NCBI GenBank assembly: GCA_049599475.1
Contig: JBMYOQ010000008.1
Coordinates: 45,216 to 109,215 of the forward strand
Reading direction: 5' to 3'
Source of the DNA: Opitutales bacterium
Lineage (GTDB): Bacteria > Verrucomicrobiota > Verrucomicrobiia > Opitutales > JABSRG01
Length of the DNA stretch: 64,000 nt
A program made the position numbers and the translations under genes. The notes beneath the pieces are model-generated. The model saw nothing but the letters and a program-made list of their open reading frames with translations, was not told the DNA's origin and did no database searches. This document shows, piece after piece, positions 23,409 to 33,679 of the stretch (the stretch's first letter is position 1; each line of letters starts with the position of its first letter).

Positions 23409-25346
23409 ATGATTTTTCAGCTGAACAACGACTACTCCTATTTAGGAAAGATAGTGGGACTCGTATTTTTCGGTTTCCTCTGTAACCAAAGTAACGCGGA
23501 CTATGAATCTGAGGCCGCAGCCAATACTCGATTGTACGCTGAAGGCACAATTGCTGGCATCATCGACACATATGCTAAAGTCGAGGCGCAGCCCGAAGAT
23601 GTTTCCCGATTCGCTGATGACCTTTTGAATGGAGCGTCGCTCGAATCAATCTTTCTCGATATGAGAGAAGAGATTCCTGACATGGCGGTCGTGGAGGACA
23701 AAATGGGCGCTTTTCACATGATCACGGATACATACCCGGATCCTGCTAATTATATAAGCCTACATCAGCGATCGATTGGTATCCTAGGCGAGGTGACATT
23801 AGGCGAAAATGGAAATGAATTTGAGGATACTCTCGAAATAGGTGTTAACCAGATTGTGAATTCTGATCTGGAGCTGATAGCCTCTGGTGGAAGCCTTTTC
23901 GTAGAACAAGATTTCGACCACTTCGAGTTTACGATCACTGAGCCCGGTCTATTCGTTATATTTACTCGAGACAATGCTTCGTCTTTGTTTGGAACTGAAA
24001 TGACCTTGTTCGACGAGAATGGAAACAACATAGGTTTCGATGATAATAGTGGTGCGGGATTCTTCTCTCGTATTGAAACGACTCTTGAGCCCGGAACGTA
24101 TGTGGTTCGTGTTGAGGGCGACTTCTTTGATACTGGAAATTACACCCTGGTTGTAAGTTCAACCAGCACGGTAGGTTTCGGCGACGATGATAATGACGAT
24201 GACCATGGGGACTCAATTCAGACAGCAACACCCATTTTACTTAACTCAAATACGTTTGGAACTCTAGATGGACAGGCGCTAGACGACGGTGGCTTGTTTG
24301 TGAGAGACCGAGACTTTTTTGCCTTCAGTTTAACTGTTGAGGGAACGGTGTCTGCCTATACGACAGTGACTGATTTCTTTACCGACACATATATAGAACT
24401 GTATGACTCAGATGGAAATATCATCCTCGAAAATGATGATGGGGGTGTGGATTTAAACGGCTCTGTGACCACAACTTTGGAGCCAGGCCGATATTATCTG
24501 AATGTGCGCGGGTTCAGTTTAAATGAAGTCGGTGATTATGCTCTGACACTCACTGGACCTCAAGGGGCGGATCGCCCCGCGTTGTCTTTGGAAGATATCC
24601 CAACTAGCCTGATTTCATTTGCAAGTTTGTCTCTTGCTGAACCTGAATATTCAAATGAATTCGCCTCCGCGACTGCTCTGGTGGATGAATACAATGATGG
24701 TGTGAATAGCAGGCGTGAAATTTTTAGCGCGCTGTATGAAAATAGAGTTGAAGGAAGTCCCACACAGATTCAGATTAACCAGGGACAGAACCGTATATTT
24801 GACCTAGGTGGAGTCAGTGAGTTTGTGGCAGGCTTTGTGATCGACGTGGTGTTTGGCCTTCAACCTATCATCTGGGATGTTCCGGATACAGGCCGAGCTG
24901 ATTTTGCTGCAGCACTCAACGTTATCTATAAAGCTGGAGAATCTAGAGATCGAGATGTCTTAAACAGCGAAATTAGTGACATTTCCGATGAACAACTCGT
25001 AACCGAAGTATTGGATTCGCCTTTGTTAGAGGAAGGTAAGGTCGAATTTGGGGTGTTGTCATTTGTTACTGGAGGAAACCTCTCACTGGGATGGCTCAAT
25101 AGTGTGGAATATGGGATGCTCTATGGCACAAATTACCCATGGTATTACAGCCTTGATCTAAACGAGTGGGTATTCTCTGAGGCCAATTTAGATGGTGATG
25201 ATTGGTTGTATGTAACGGGCTTGGGCTGGGGTTGGATCCCAGAGGAGGAATTCCCTTATTTTTATTCTGCCGATCTGAATAAATATATTTATCTGGAGGA
25301 TGGCTTCTACTATGACTTCGAGTCAGATTCTTGGGTCGCTTACTAA
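23409..25346 (+). CDS. Acidic secreted/surface protein with two PPC-like domains and a Trp/Tyr-rich C-terminal domain
   Basis: Signal-like N-terminus; twice D.DxF.F...L(F/Y)D..GN.I..(D/N)D...TTLEPG.Y...V.G; aromatic tail (YPWYYS..W, GLGWGW...FPYFY). Confidence 0.75.
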   Translation: MIFQLNNDYSYLGKIVGLVFFGFLCNQSNADYESEAAANTRLYAEGTIAGIIDTYAKVEAQPEDVSRFADDLLNGASLESIFLDMREEIPDMAVVEDKMGAFHMITDTYPDPANYISLHQRSIGILGEVTLGENGNEFEDTLEIGVNQIVNSDLELIASGGSLFVEQDFDHFEFTITEPGLFVIFTRDNASSLFGTEMTLFDENGNNIGFDDNSGAGFFSRIETTLEPGTYVVRVEGDFFDTGNYTLVVSSTSTVGFGDDDNDDDHGDSIQTATPILLNSNTFGTLDGQALDDGGLFVRDRDFFAFSLTVEGTVSAYTTVTDFFTDTYIELYDSDGNIILENDDGGVDLNGSVTTTLEPGRYYLNVRGFSLNEVGDYALTLTGPQGADRPALSLEDIPTSLISFASLSLAEPEYSNEFASATALVDEYNDGVNSRREIFSALYENRVEGSPTQIQINQGQNRIFDLGGVSEFVAGFVIDVVFGLQPIIWDVPDTGRADFAAALNVIYKAGESRDRDVLNSEISDISDEQLVTEVLDSPLLEEGKVEFGVLSFVTGGNLSLGWLNSVEYGMLYGTNYPWYYSLDLNEWVFSEANLDGDDWLYVTGLGWGWIPEEEFPYFYSADLNKYIYLEDGFYYDFESDSWVAY

Positions 25347-25403
25347 TTAAATAATCCAGAAGGGCTTGATTGCGCTTTTTCTAAACTCAACTATTTAATC
25401 ATC

Positions 25404-25433
25404 AAGGCCTCCCGTTTAAGGGAGGCCTTTTTT
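25404..25433 (+). terminator. Rho-independent terminator
   Basis: AAGGCCTCCC...GGGAGGCCTT followed by a T-run. Confidence 0.8.
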
Positions 25434-25438
25434 GCGTC

Positions 25439-26299
25439 ATGAAAATTTTCTTACTCGATAGCTTCAATTTAATTTTCCGAGCCTATTATGGGATGCCGGA
25501 TCTAACGCGTTCGGATGGATTGCCTACGGGGATGTTGCATGGTTGGGTGCGTACGCTGTGGTCGCTTGAAGATCAGTTTCAGCCTGATCAGATGATTGCA
25601 GTGATGGATTCGGGAGCTGACGATCGAGAGGAATTGCATGCGGATTACAAGGCCAACCGAGGAGAGACTCCCGAAGCGATTACTCAGCAACTGCCTTGGC
25701 TTGAAAAATTGACCGAGCGCATAGGGATACCCTTAGTCGAGTTTTCTGGGGCTGAGGCTGATGATGTCATCGGTGTATTAGCTCATGCCTATCAAAGTCG
25801 GGGTGATGAGGTTGTCATCGTGAGCGCCGATAAAGATCTGGGGCAGTTGGTTAAAGAAGGTATCCGACAGCTGTATCCGCCTCCCACCGCAAATCCGCGC
25901 CTTGGGTGGCGCATGATGGATACAGAGGCCGTTGAAAAGAAATTTGCGGTGCGTCCGGATCAGATCGCTGATTATCTGGCTTTGATCGGAGATACTTCCG
26001 ACAACATTGATGGCATCCCGGGTGTCGGACCGAAGACCGCTGCAAAGTGGCTGAATTCTTACGGAAATCTGGAGAATATTATTCAAAATTCTGGGCGCCT
26101 GAAGCCGCCGCGTTTCCAGCAAATCGTTGCGGATTCAGTGGAGCTCCTGAAGCGAAATCAGCGATTAACGCGTTTGAATCTCGGGCTGGATGTGGAGATA
26201 CCGGAACCGATGAGCGTCGATGTGCTTGCCGCGAGCTCGATTCTTGAAGAACTAGAAATGAAAAAAGCCGCAAGGGATCTTGCGGCTCGTATAAAGTAG
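25439..26299 (+). CDS. Stand-alone 5'-3' exonuclease/flap endonuclease (PolI N-terminal-like)
   Basis: YKANR, EADD, SADKDL, GDTSDNIDGIPGVGPKTA motifs; no polymerase domain. Confidence 0.92.
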   Translation: MKIFLLDSFNLIFRAYYGMPDLTRSDGLPTGMLHGWVRTLWSLEDQFQPDQMIAVMDSGADDREELHADYKANRGETPEAITQQLPWLEKLTERIGIPLVEFSGAEADDVIGVLAHAYQSRGDEVVIVSADKDLGQLVKEGIRQLYPPPTANPRLGWRMMDTEAVEKKFAVRPDQIADYLALIGDTSDNIDGIPGVGPKTAAKWLNSYGNLENIIQNSGRLKPPRFQQIVADSVELLKRNQRLTRLNLGLDVEIPEPMSVDVLAASSILEELEMKKAARDLAARIK

Positions 26300-26318
26300 T
26301 GGAGTTGGGCGAGGGGAG

Positions 26319-27059
26319 TTATTCTTCTCCGCCGACCTTCGGGTCGTAGATGTAGCCCACGCCGTGAATTGTGCGGAAGGCTTCGAAAGAAGTATTATGC
26401 CGATTGAAGTGATCACGGATTTTTACGATATACTGGTCGAGTGAACGACTGCGGACATCCGCGTGAATCCCCCATACGGCGTGGATAAGGCTTCGGCGTG
26501 TGAGTACTGTATGAGGATTGGATACAAGGTATACCAGGATCCCGAGCTCTTTACGCCCAATCTTCTCCGTGCCGCCATCCGGGAATTGCATCTCAAGGCG
26601 TTGTGGATTTACCACGACATCACAGAATTTGAAGTCCTCGTTCGCAACCGTAGCGTTCTGAGTAATATGGAAGTCCTTATTCGTTTCCGCTCGACGTAAC
26701 ACGGCGTGAATACGTGCGATTAGCTCGGGGAAGGAGAATGGCTTGGTGATGTAATCGTCACCCCCCATTTCGAGTCCCTTGACCTTCTGCACTTCAGAGC
26801 TGTTTCCGGTAAGGAAGATCACTGGGATTTGCACATTCATGCGCTTGAGTTCTTCGAGAAGACTGAAGCCTGAACCGTCTGGCAAATTTACGTCCAGAAG
26901 CATTAGATTCGCGAAGTTGTTCTTCAGGAAACGCGGTACATTCGCTGTCCTGTAGTAAACTTGAGTCATCATGCCCGCGAGTTCGAGTTGTTCGGCAATC
27001 AGGTTCGCGAGCTCTTTTTCGTCGTCGACGACAAGGATAAGGGGTTTGGGCTTAGACAT
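26319..27059 (-). CDS. OmpR/PhoB-family response regulator
   Basis: VVDDE, LLDVNLP, DDYITKPF, winged-helix end TIHGVGY. Confidence 0.92.
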   Translation of the reverse strand: MSKPKPLILVVDDEKELANLIAEQLELAGMMTQVYYRTANVPRFLKNNFANLMLLDVNLPDGSGFSLLEELKRMNVQIPVIFLTGNSSEVQKVKGLEMGGDDYITKPFSFPELIARIHAVLRRAETNKDFHITQNATVANEDFKFCDVVVNPQRLEMQFPDGGTEKIGRKELGILVYLVSNPHTVLTRRSLIHAVWGIHADVRSRSLDQYIVKIRDHFNRHNTSFEAFRTIHGVGYIYDPKVGGEE

Positions 27060-27552
27060 AGGCCTGGGCAGAATTGAGTTCTCGGATGTCCATCAAAACT
27101 TCTTGAGCGTGGAGGTCGGGTTTTACTTTGCGGTAGGTTTTGAGAATTTTCCCGTCCGGTCCTACGAGGAATGAGACCCTATGAATGCCTTCATAGATTT
27201 TCCCCATAAACTTCTTTTCTCCGTAAACGCCAAATGCTCGGGCGATTTCGAAGGATGAGGTGTCGGAGGCCAGGAAAAAGGGAAGCTGATATTTCTTACG
27301 AAACTTCTCATGGGACGCATATGAGTCTCCACTGACACCGATTACTGGAAAATCCACATCTGTGAAATCTTGATGTGCATCTCTAAAGGCGCATGCTTCT
27401 TTTGTGCAGCCAGGGGTGTCGTCTTTCGGGTAAAAATAAATAAGAAAAGCTTTTCCTGCTAATTCTTGTGTATTTGCCGAGACGCCTTCCTTGCTGACAA
27501 AATCGAGTGTGGGAGCAATTGCCCCCTCTGCTAGCGGTTCAATCGAAGGCAT
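27052..27552 (-). CDS. bcp: Peroxiredoxin Bcp/PrxQ
   Basis: YFYPKDDTPGCTKEAC. Start trimmed to ATG 27552. Confidence 0.92.
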   Translation of the reverse strand: MPSIEPLAEGAIAPTLDFVSKEGVSANTQELAGKAFLIYFYPKDDTPGCTKEACAFRDAHQDFTDVDFPVIGVSGDSYASHEKFRKKYQLPFFLASDTSSFEIARAFGVYGEKKFMGKIYEGIHRVSFLVGPDGKILKTYRKVKPDLHAQEVLMDIRELNSAQAYV

Positions 27553-27737
27553 GGGGTAGTTTGTAAGTTCAGCTGTAAAGATCGTATGAAAACGTAATTC
27601 GTTAAGGTGGGCCTGCTGATTTTTTTTTACAATTTCAAAATGCGTGCGGTGACCCATTTTCATGACTTTATTCTGCGTGGTGGAATAGCAGTCGTGAAGT
27701 CTCCTGTTTACTGAACTGAAACGTAGTTAGTCGTTGC

Positions 27738-28589
27738 CTAGAGCCTGCAGTTATTAATGTGAGTTTCCAGGATTGCTGTGGCGCCAATTCCTTCGAGGGC
27801 ATCCATTACCTCGTTGAGGTTTTTCCGTTTCACCATGACTCGCATTGCGGACCATTCTGAATCTTCAAGTTTAGATACCGTGGGAGATTTAAATCCGGGA
27901 GTAATTTTTTTCGCCTCCTCAATGCTTTGGGTGGGAACGTTGTATTCCAGTAAAGACCAAGAATTAGAGATGACGACCCCTTCAAGCCGGCGTGTTACGA
28001 TATCGGCTACTTCGGGGATGCGCACCGATTTATTTTGGAGCAATACTACCTCGTAGGATTCGATATCCTCGAGGACGCGGAGGTTATTCGCGACCAAAGT
28101 ACTTCCGGTTTCGACTAAGTCGACTATCGCATCGGCGACACCGAGAGATATCATGATTTCAACGGAACCAGATAGTGACATGAGATGCGCGCTGGCTCCA
28201 TTTGCCGAAAAGTGGCGCTTGGTGATCTGAGGGAAACTCGTTGCGATGCGTTTACCATCGAGGTCGGCGACAGATTTGTAATCCGAATCGTTGGGTACGC
28301 AGATCGACATGCGGCATTTGCCCACGCCGAGTCGGAGGCGGATATCCAAGTCGACACCGGCTTCTTGGACGGAGTCTAGGCCCGTTAAGCCCATGTCGAG
28401 AGCACCTTCTGCGCAGAGCACCGGAATATCGGACCCTCGGAGAAAGATAATCTCGATCGGCATGCCTTTTACTTTTGCGAAAAGGCTACGGTTCTGCCGT
28501 CGAAACTTGATTCCAGCCCGCTCAAACAGCTTGGCGGATTCTTCGGCCAATCTCCCTTTGCTGGGGAGTCCTATGCGTAAATTTTCCAT
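27738..28589 (-). CDS. hisG: ATP phosphoribosyltransferase (long form)
   Basis: PSKGRL, GSVE, DLVETGSTL, C-terminal SPTVS domain. Confidence 0.96.
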   Translation of the reverse strand: MENLRIGLPSKGRLAEESAKLFERAGIKFRRQNRSLFAKVKGMPIEIIFLRGSDIPVLCAEGALDMGLTGLDSVQEAGVDLDIRLRLGVGKCRMSICVPNDSDYKSVADLDGKRIATSFPQITKRHFSANGASAHLMSLSGSVEIMISLGVADAIVDLVETGSTLVANNLRVLEDIESYEVVLLQNKSVRIPEVADIVTRRLEGVVISNSWSLLEYNVPTQSIEEAKKITPGFKSPTVSKLEDSEWSAMRVMVKRKNLNEVMDALEGIGATAILETHINNCRL

Positions 28590-28595
28590 GAGATA

Positions 28596-28934
28596 TTATT
28601 GAGTTCTCGATGCCTTCTCTTCGAGGCCAGATATTCCAAAGCGTTTTGCCAGTTCTTGTTCGACGTCTTCGAGGCGTATGTCGTTGTTCGCCATTAAAAC
28701 GAATAGATGGTAGATGACATCTGCCGCTTCATAAATGGTGTGCTGGCGGCCCTCTTCGCCGGGCTCGCTGGCTGCTTCGACGACTTCGTTGGCTTCCTCG
28801 AGCACCTTGGCGCCGATTTTGGGCAATCCTTTTCGAAATAAACTAGCGGTGTAGGATTTTTCAGACGGGTTGCTCTTGCGATCTTGGATCACGGACATCA
28901 GTTCGCGAAGAATATCTGTTTGGTCTTGGGCCAT
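28596..28934 (-). CDS. hisE: Phosphoribosyl-ATP diphosphatase
   Basis: SYTASL...KVLEEANE...EAADVIYH. Confidence 0.95.
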   Translation of the reverse strand: MAQDQTDILRELMSVIQDRKSNPSEKSYTASLFRKGLPKIGAKVLEEANEVVEAASEPGEEGRQHTIYEAADVIYHLFVLMANNDIRLEDVEQELAKRFGISGLEEKASRTQ

Positions 28935-29218
28935 GGTGCAAAGTTTGTGAGTAGAACTTCTCGCGGAAATGGGTCAAGAGTCCGCTCAGGTTTTTTGGGA
29001 ATCTCCGGAGCTTCTAGGGCGGAATTTTGAGTGATATTTTAAAACCGTGATAATTAACACGGGAATCCGGTGCTGATGTGGATTTTTACCTTGATTAACA
29101 ATGAGTTGGAGCATTTTATCTGACCCCTTTCCGCTATTGCCGGGGGCTTCCTGGAAATAGCACAAACACTAAAAATCCAAATAACCCTTAACCCTCTCGA
29201 AAGAGAGAACTATCATAC

Positions 29219-30880
29219 ATGAGTTCCTTAATGGACGAACTAATGGCTGAATCTCAGTTCCAGCAACTGGGTGAAGGCTCAATCATCAAAGGCACAATTA
29301 TCGAAGTGCGGCCAAACGAAGTCGTTGTAGACATCGGAGGCAAATCAGAAGGCGTCATCCCTGGCCACGAATTTTTCGATATCGGGGAGCTGCAAATCGG
29401 AGAAGAAATCGAAGTATTTCTCGAGAAGCTAGAAGACAAGGAAGGTAATCCTATCCTGTCATTCGATAAAGCTGAGCAGAAGAAAAACTGGGAGAACATC
29501 CTCAGCAAGTGTGAAGAAGGATCTATTGTCCAAGGCCGCGTGAAGGCTAAGGTCAAGGGTGGTCTTATCGTCACAATCGGCGTGGATTCTTTCTTGCCTG
29601 CTTCTCAGATCGATATCCAGCCGCCAAAGAATTTGGACCAATACGTTGGCCAAACTTATGACTTTAAAGTACTCAAGATCAATACCGAGCGCCGCAACAT
29701 CGTTGTATCTCGCCGCGAGTTGATCGAAGAGCAACGCCAAGAAAAGCGCCGCAAGCTTCTCGACGAAGTTTCACCGGGCGATCAGCGCACAGGTGTGGTC
29801 AAGAACATCACCGATTACGGTGCGTTCATCGACCTCGATGGCCTCGACGGTCTCCTCCACATTACAGATATGTCTTGGGGCCGCATCTCTCACCCAAGTG
29901 AGATGCTGAAGCAGGGTGAAGAAGTCACTGTGATGATCATCGAAGTAAATCGTGATCGCGAGCGTGTCTCTCTTGGCCTCAAGCAGCTTTCATCTAACCC
30001 ATGGGAGAAGATCGAAGAGAAATACCCAATCGGTGTTAAGGTCAGCGGTAAGGTCGTTAACCTCGTTCCTTACGGTGCTTTCGTTGAAATCGAAGAAGGT
30101 GTTGAAGGTCTCGTGCACGTCACTGAGCTCTCTTGGACAAAGCGCATCTCCAAGCCAAGCGAAGTCCTTCGCGTTGGACAGGAAATCGACGCAGTCGTTC
30201 TCGGTATTCAGAAAGAGGAGCAGAAGATTTCTCTCGGTGTTCGCCAGCTCGATGCGAATCCTTGGGATATGGTCCGCCACAACTACCCAGCAGGTGCACG
30301 CGTTCGTGGACAAGTCCGCAACCTCACCAGCTACGGTGCTTTCGTAGAACTCGAAGAAGGTATCGACGGTATGATCCACGTGTCAGACATGAGCTGGACA
30401 CGTAAGGTAAACCACCCAAGCGAAGTCCTCAAGAAGGGCGACGAAGTGAACGCGATCGTTCTCGATGTAGATGCAAGCCAACAGCGTATCTCCCTCGGCA
30501 TGAAGCAAATCACTGTCGACCCATGGGAAGAAATCGAATCTTACTTCAAGATCGGTGACGTCGTTAAGGGCAAGGTCTCTAAGATCACCAGCTACGGTGC
30601 ATTCGTAGAGATGGAGCACGACATCGACGGTATGGTTCACATCTCTCAAATCAGCGAAGAGCGGATTGAGAAGGTGAAAGACATCATGAATGTCGGTGAC
30701 GAAATCTCAGCTCGTGTCATCAAGATCGACCGCGAAGAGCGCCGTATCGGACTCTCCGTCAAGGCAGCGAATTACGACGAAGACGAACTCGAGCGCGAGC
30801 GTATCGCATTCGATGCTCTCAACAGCAGCGACGACCTCGCGAACTTGGGAGACATCCTCGACAACGTCCCAACCAAGTAA
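29219..30880 (+). CDS. rpsA: 30S ribosomal protein S1
   Basis: Six S1 repeats (YGAFV/I; DGLLHITDMSW); strongly biased codons. Confidence 0.98.
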   Translation: MSSLMDELMAESQFQQLGEGSIIKGTIIEVRPNEVVVDIGGKSEGVIPGHEFFDIGELQIGEEIEVFLEKLEDKEGNPILSFDKAEQKKNWENILSKCEEGSIVQGRVKAKVKGGLIVTIGVDSFLPASQIDIQPPKNLDQYVGQTYDFKVLKINTERRNIVVSRRELIEEQRQEKRRKLLDEVSPGDQRTGVVKNITDYGAFIDLDGLDGLLHITDMSWGRISHPSEMLKQGEEVTVMIIEVNRDRERVSLGLKQLSSNPWEKIEEKYPIGVKVSGKVVNLVPYGAFVEIEEGVEGLVHVTELSWTKRISKPSEVLRVGQEIDAVVLGIQKEEQKISLGVRQLDANPWDMVRHNYPAGARVRGQVRNLTSYGAFVELEEGIDGMIHVSDMSWTRKVNHPSEVLKKGDEVNAIVLDVDASQQRISLGMKQITVDPWEEIESYFKIGDVVKGKVSKITSYGAFVEMEHDIDGMVHISQISEERIEKVKDIMNVGDEISARVIKIDREERRIGLSVKAANYDEDELERERIAFDALNSSDDLANLGDILDNVPTK

Positions 30881-30905
30881 TTGGGAAAGTAATTTCTTAC
30901 ACATC

Positions 30906-30938
30906 AAAGGCGCTCTGCGAAATGCAGGGCGCCTTTTT
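30906..30938 (+). terminator. rpsA terminator
   Basis: AAAGGCGCTCTGC-GAAAT-GCAGGGCGCCTTTTT. Confidence 0.85.
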
Positions 30939-31121
30939 CGTTTTCAGGTGTCGCCTAATCAAAAGCTTACGAAAGGCGTAGAGTTGGAGATGAACCGCGA
31001 ATGAACACGGATAATAAGCCCCACGTGTTTACGATTTATGTTTATCCGTCCATTGCTGCGCCTTCTTCGGCCAGCCTACGTCGTGGTAAAATAGATCGTT
31101 TTGAAAGTACTCTATAAACAC

Positions 31122-31151
31122 AAAAAACGCCTCAGCGAATGTGAGGCGTTT
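31122..31151 (-). terminator. galE terminator
   Basis: AAACGCCTCA...TGAGGCGTTT with an A-run on the left (T-run on minus). Confidence 0.8.
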
Positions 31152-31182
31152 GGAAAATTTAAGAGACGTGTAGCTGTCGATC

Positions 31183-32172
31183 CTAGTCGGCGTATCCTTC
31201 GGGGTTGCTCTTATGCCACTTCCACGCGGTCTCTACGATACTGTCTATGGTTGGGTATTGGATTTCCCAGCCAAGCTCGGTGACAGCCTTTGTATTGTCT
31301 GCGTAAAGTGCTGGTGGGTCGCCTGCGCGGCGTCCTTGCTCGACTACGGGAACTGTCAGTCCAGTAACTTTCTCAACCGCAGCAATCACTTCGCGTACTG
31401 AGAAGGGTGTGCCTGTTCCGAGGTTGTAGAAGAGGCCTGTGCCAGGCTCGCCGAACTTATCGAAGGCGGCGATGTGGGCGCGCGCCAGATCGTTTACGTG
31501 GATGTAGTCGCGCTGACAGGTCCCATCCGGTGTCGGATAGTCTGTGCCGAAAATCGCGATATTTTTGCGGCGGCCAGTTGCGGCATCGAAAATTAGAGGA
31601 ATGAGGTGGGTTTCGGGATCGTGATGTTCGCCGATTTCACCGGTCTCGTCTGCACCAGATGCATTGAAGTAGCGGAATGCCGCGAAACTCAGACCGTAGG
31701 CATGGGCGTAGGCCTTAAGCGCGTTCTCGATGTCGAGCTTGGTCTGCCCATAGGGGTTGATCGGGCTCTGGGGGGTCTCTTCGGTGATCGGAAGTGTCTC
31801 TACCACACCGTAAGTCGCACAGGTTGAGGAGAATACGAATTTTTTGACGTCGCAATCGATCATCGCCTTCAACAGGCGGTGCGTCGCGATCACGTTGTTA
31901 TCATAGTATTTGTAAGGCTCGGTAACGGACTCGCCTACATAGGCATAGGCCGCAAAGTGCATGACGACCTCAATGTTTTCCTTTTTTAGGATCTCCGAGA
32001 CAGCCGCCTGATTCCCCAGGTCCACTTCGTAAAAGGGAATATCCGCTGCGACTGCAGAACGGTGACCATAGACCAAGTTATCCAAAACGACTGGGGTGTG
32101 CCCCGCAGTTTGGAGCGCTCGCACGCAATGACTACCAATATATCCGGCTCCTCCGACGACTAATACTTTCAT
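31183..32172 (-). CDS. galE: UDP-glucose 4-epimerase
   Basis: GGAGYIGSH, YGQTK (YxxxK), FRYFN, RDYIHV. Confidence 0.95.
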   Translation of the reverse strand: MKVLVVGGAGYIGSHCVRALQTAGHTPVVLDNLVYGHRSAVAADIPFYEVDLGNQAAVSEILKKENIEVVMHFAAYAYVGESVTEPYKYYDNNVIATHRLLKAMIDCDVKKFVFSSTCATYGVVETLPITEETPQSPINPYGQTKLDIENALKAYAHAYGLSFAAFRYFNASGADETGEIGEHHDPETHLIPLIFDAATGRRKNIAIFGTDYPTPDGTCQRDYIHVNDLARAHIAAFDKFGEPGTGLFYNLGTGTPFSVREVIAAVEKVTGLTVPVVEQGRRAGDPPALYADNTKAVTELGWEIQYPTIDSIVETAWKWHKSNPEGYAD

Positions 32173-32393
32173 ATGAGTAAACGGATAAAGTAGATCGCCG
32201 TAGAAAATCCAAGCCTTTGTACGCAGAAAACCTTTTTAGATCGAATTGCTTAAGAATCTGAAGCGATTTTAGTGTGTGGCCCCTTACTATTTATGAGATT
32301 ATTTGATTGTTTTAGAGAATCGAATTGGCGGGAAATCGCGCCTTCACCGTTGACAGCCAGAGGGAAAGTGATGGTCTTTCCGGTTTCACATCT

Positions 32394-33629
32394 ATGGAAT
32401 TGAGCCGTATAGTTATCACAGGTCTGGGTCTTACATCACCCCTTGGGGATGATCTCGCCACTTTCAGAAAGAACCTCCTCGAGGGAAAAAGCGGCATCCA
32501 AACAAAGGATCTAAGATATATCGGTGAGGTGCCTGCGGGCGCTTGTAATTTTGATGCACGCAAGTATCAAAACCGCAAAGAGATCCGTATAGGAACCCGT
32601 GCGGGAAGCATTTCTATTTATTGCTGCAGAGAGGCTGTCGCGAACAGTGGACTAGACATCGATTCAATCGATAAATCTCGGATCGGTGTCTACATCGGCA
32701 CAACTGAACACGGCAATGTTGAGACCGAAAACGAGGTCTACAATATTTCTCAGTTCGACTACGACACGAAGTATTGGACGCATCATCATAACCCGCGGAC
32801 GGTCTCAAACAATCCGGCAGGTGAAGTGACGATCAATATGGGTATCACGGGGCCGCATTATGCCATTGGAGCTGCTTGCGCAGCGGGCAATGCCGGCATC
32901 ATCCAGGGTATGCAAATGCTTCAGCTCGGAGTGGTCGACTATGCCTTAGCCGGTGGAGTCTCGGAAAGTATTCATACATTTGGAATTTTTGCGGCATTCA
33001 AAAGCCAGGGTGCTCTAGGTGAACATGCGGATCCTGGAAAAGCATCGCGACCGTTCGACGTAGATCGCAACGGAATTGTCGTCTCTGAGGGAGGCGCGGT
33101 ATACGTCTTGGAACGACTTGAAGATGCACAAGCACGCGGGGCTCATATCATCGCTGAAATTGCAGGTTATAGCATTAATTCGGATGCGAGTGACTATGTC
33201 CTGCCAAATCCGATCCAGCAGGCTGCGTGTATGCGCGAGGCTTTGAAACGTGCTGGTATGCAGCCAGACGAGATCGATTTGGTAAGCACACACGCGACCT
33301 CGACGCCTCAAGGCGACATCCAGGAGTGTGAAGCTGTCCGCGAGGTATTCGCGAGCTCTTCGAAGACTTACGTGAACAATACTAAGAGCTATATCGGGCA
33401 TGCGATGGGCGCAGCGGGTGCCCTGGAACTCGCTGGAAATTTGCCGTCATTTGAGGATGGCTTGATCCATCCTACGATCAACGTGGATAAACTTGACCCA
33501 GCTTGTGAATTACCCAACCTCGTCATCAATTCGGTCGAGGACGCGGGTTCCGTAAACACTATTCTCAATAGCTCCTTTGGTATGCTGGGTATTAATTCAG
33601 CGCTAATCGTGAAAAAATTTGAGAACTAG
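32394..33629 (+). CDS. fabF: Beta-ketoacyl-ACP synthase (FabF-like, divergent)
   Basis: Cys-His-His triad (AACAAG, HATST, KSYIGH) and NSSFG. ATG 32394 chosen as start. Confidence 0.88.
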   Translation: MELSRIVITGLGLTSPLGDDLATFRKNLLEGKSGIQTKDLRYIGEVPAGACNFDARKYQNRKEIRIGTRAGSISIYCCREAVANSGLDIDSIDKSRIGVYIGTTEHGNVETENEVYNISQFDYDTKYWTHHHNPRTVSNNPAGEVTINMGITGPHYAIGAACAAGNAGIIQGMQMLQLGVVDYALAGGVSESIHTFGIFAAFKSQGALGEHADPGKASRPFDVDRNGIVVSEGGAVYVLERLEDAQARGAHIIAEIAGYSINSDASDYVLPNPIQQAACMREALKRAGMQPDEIDLVSTHATSTPQGDIQECEAVREVFASSSKTYVNNTKSYIGHAMGAAGALELAGNLPSFEDGLIHPTINVDKLDPACELPNLVINSVEDAGSVNTILNSSFGMLGINSALIVKKFEN

Positions 33630-33679
33630 GGCAAACGCCTCATCTTTCGATATTATACTGATAGCTCACCTGAAATTTT

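Noticed and set aside
27553..27663. 37-aa N-terminal extension of Bcp in the ORF track
   Set aside because: Not family-like; ATG 27552 gives a normal-length protein.
29059..29075. GGGAATCCGGTG, resembling a cobalamin riboswitch start
   Set aside because: No downstream B12-box or other conserved elements, and it lies in the hisE/rpsA promoter region.
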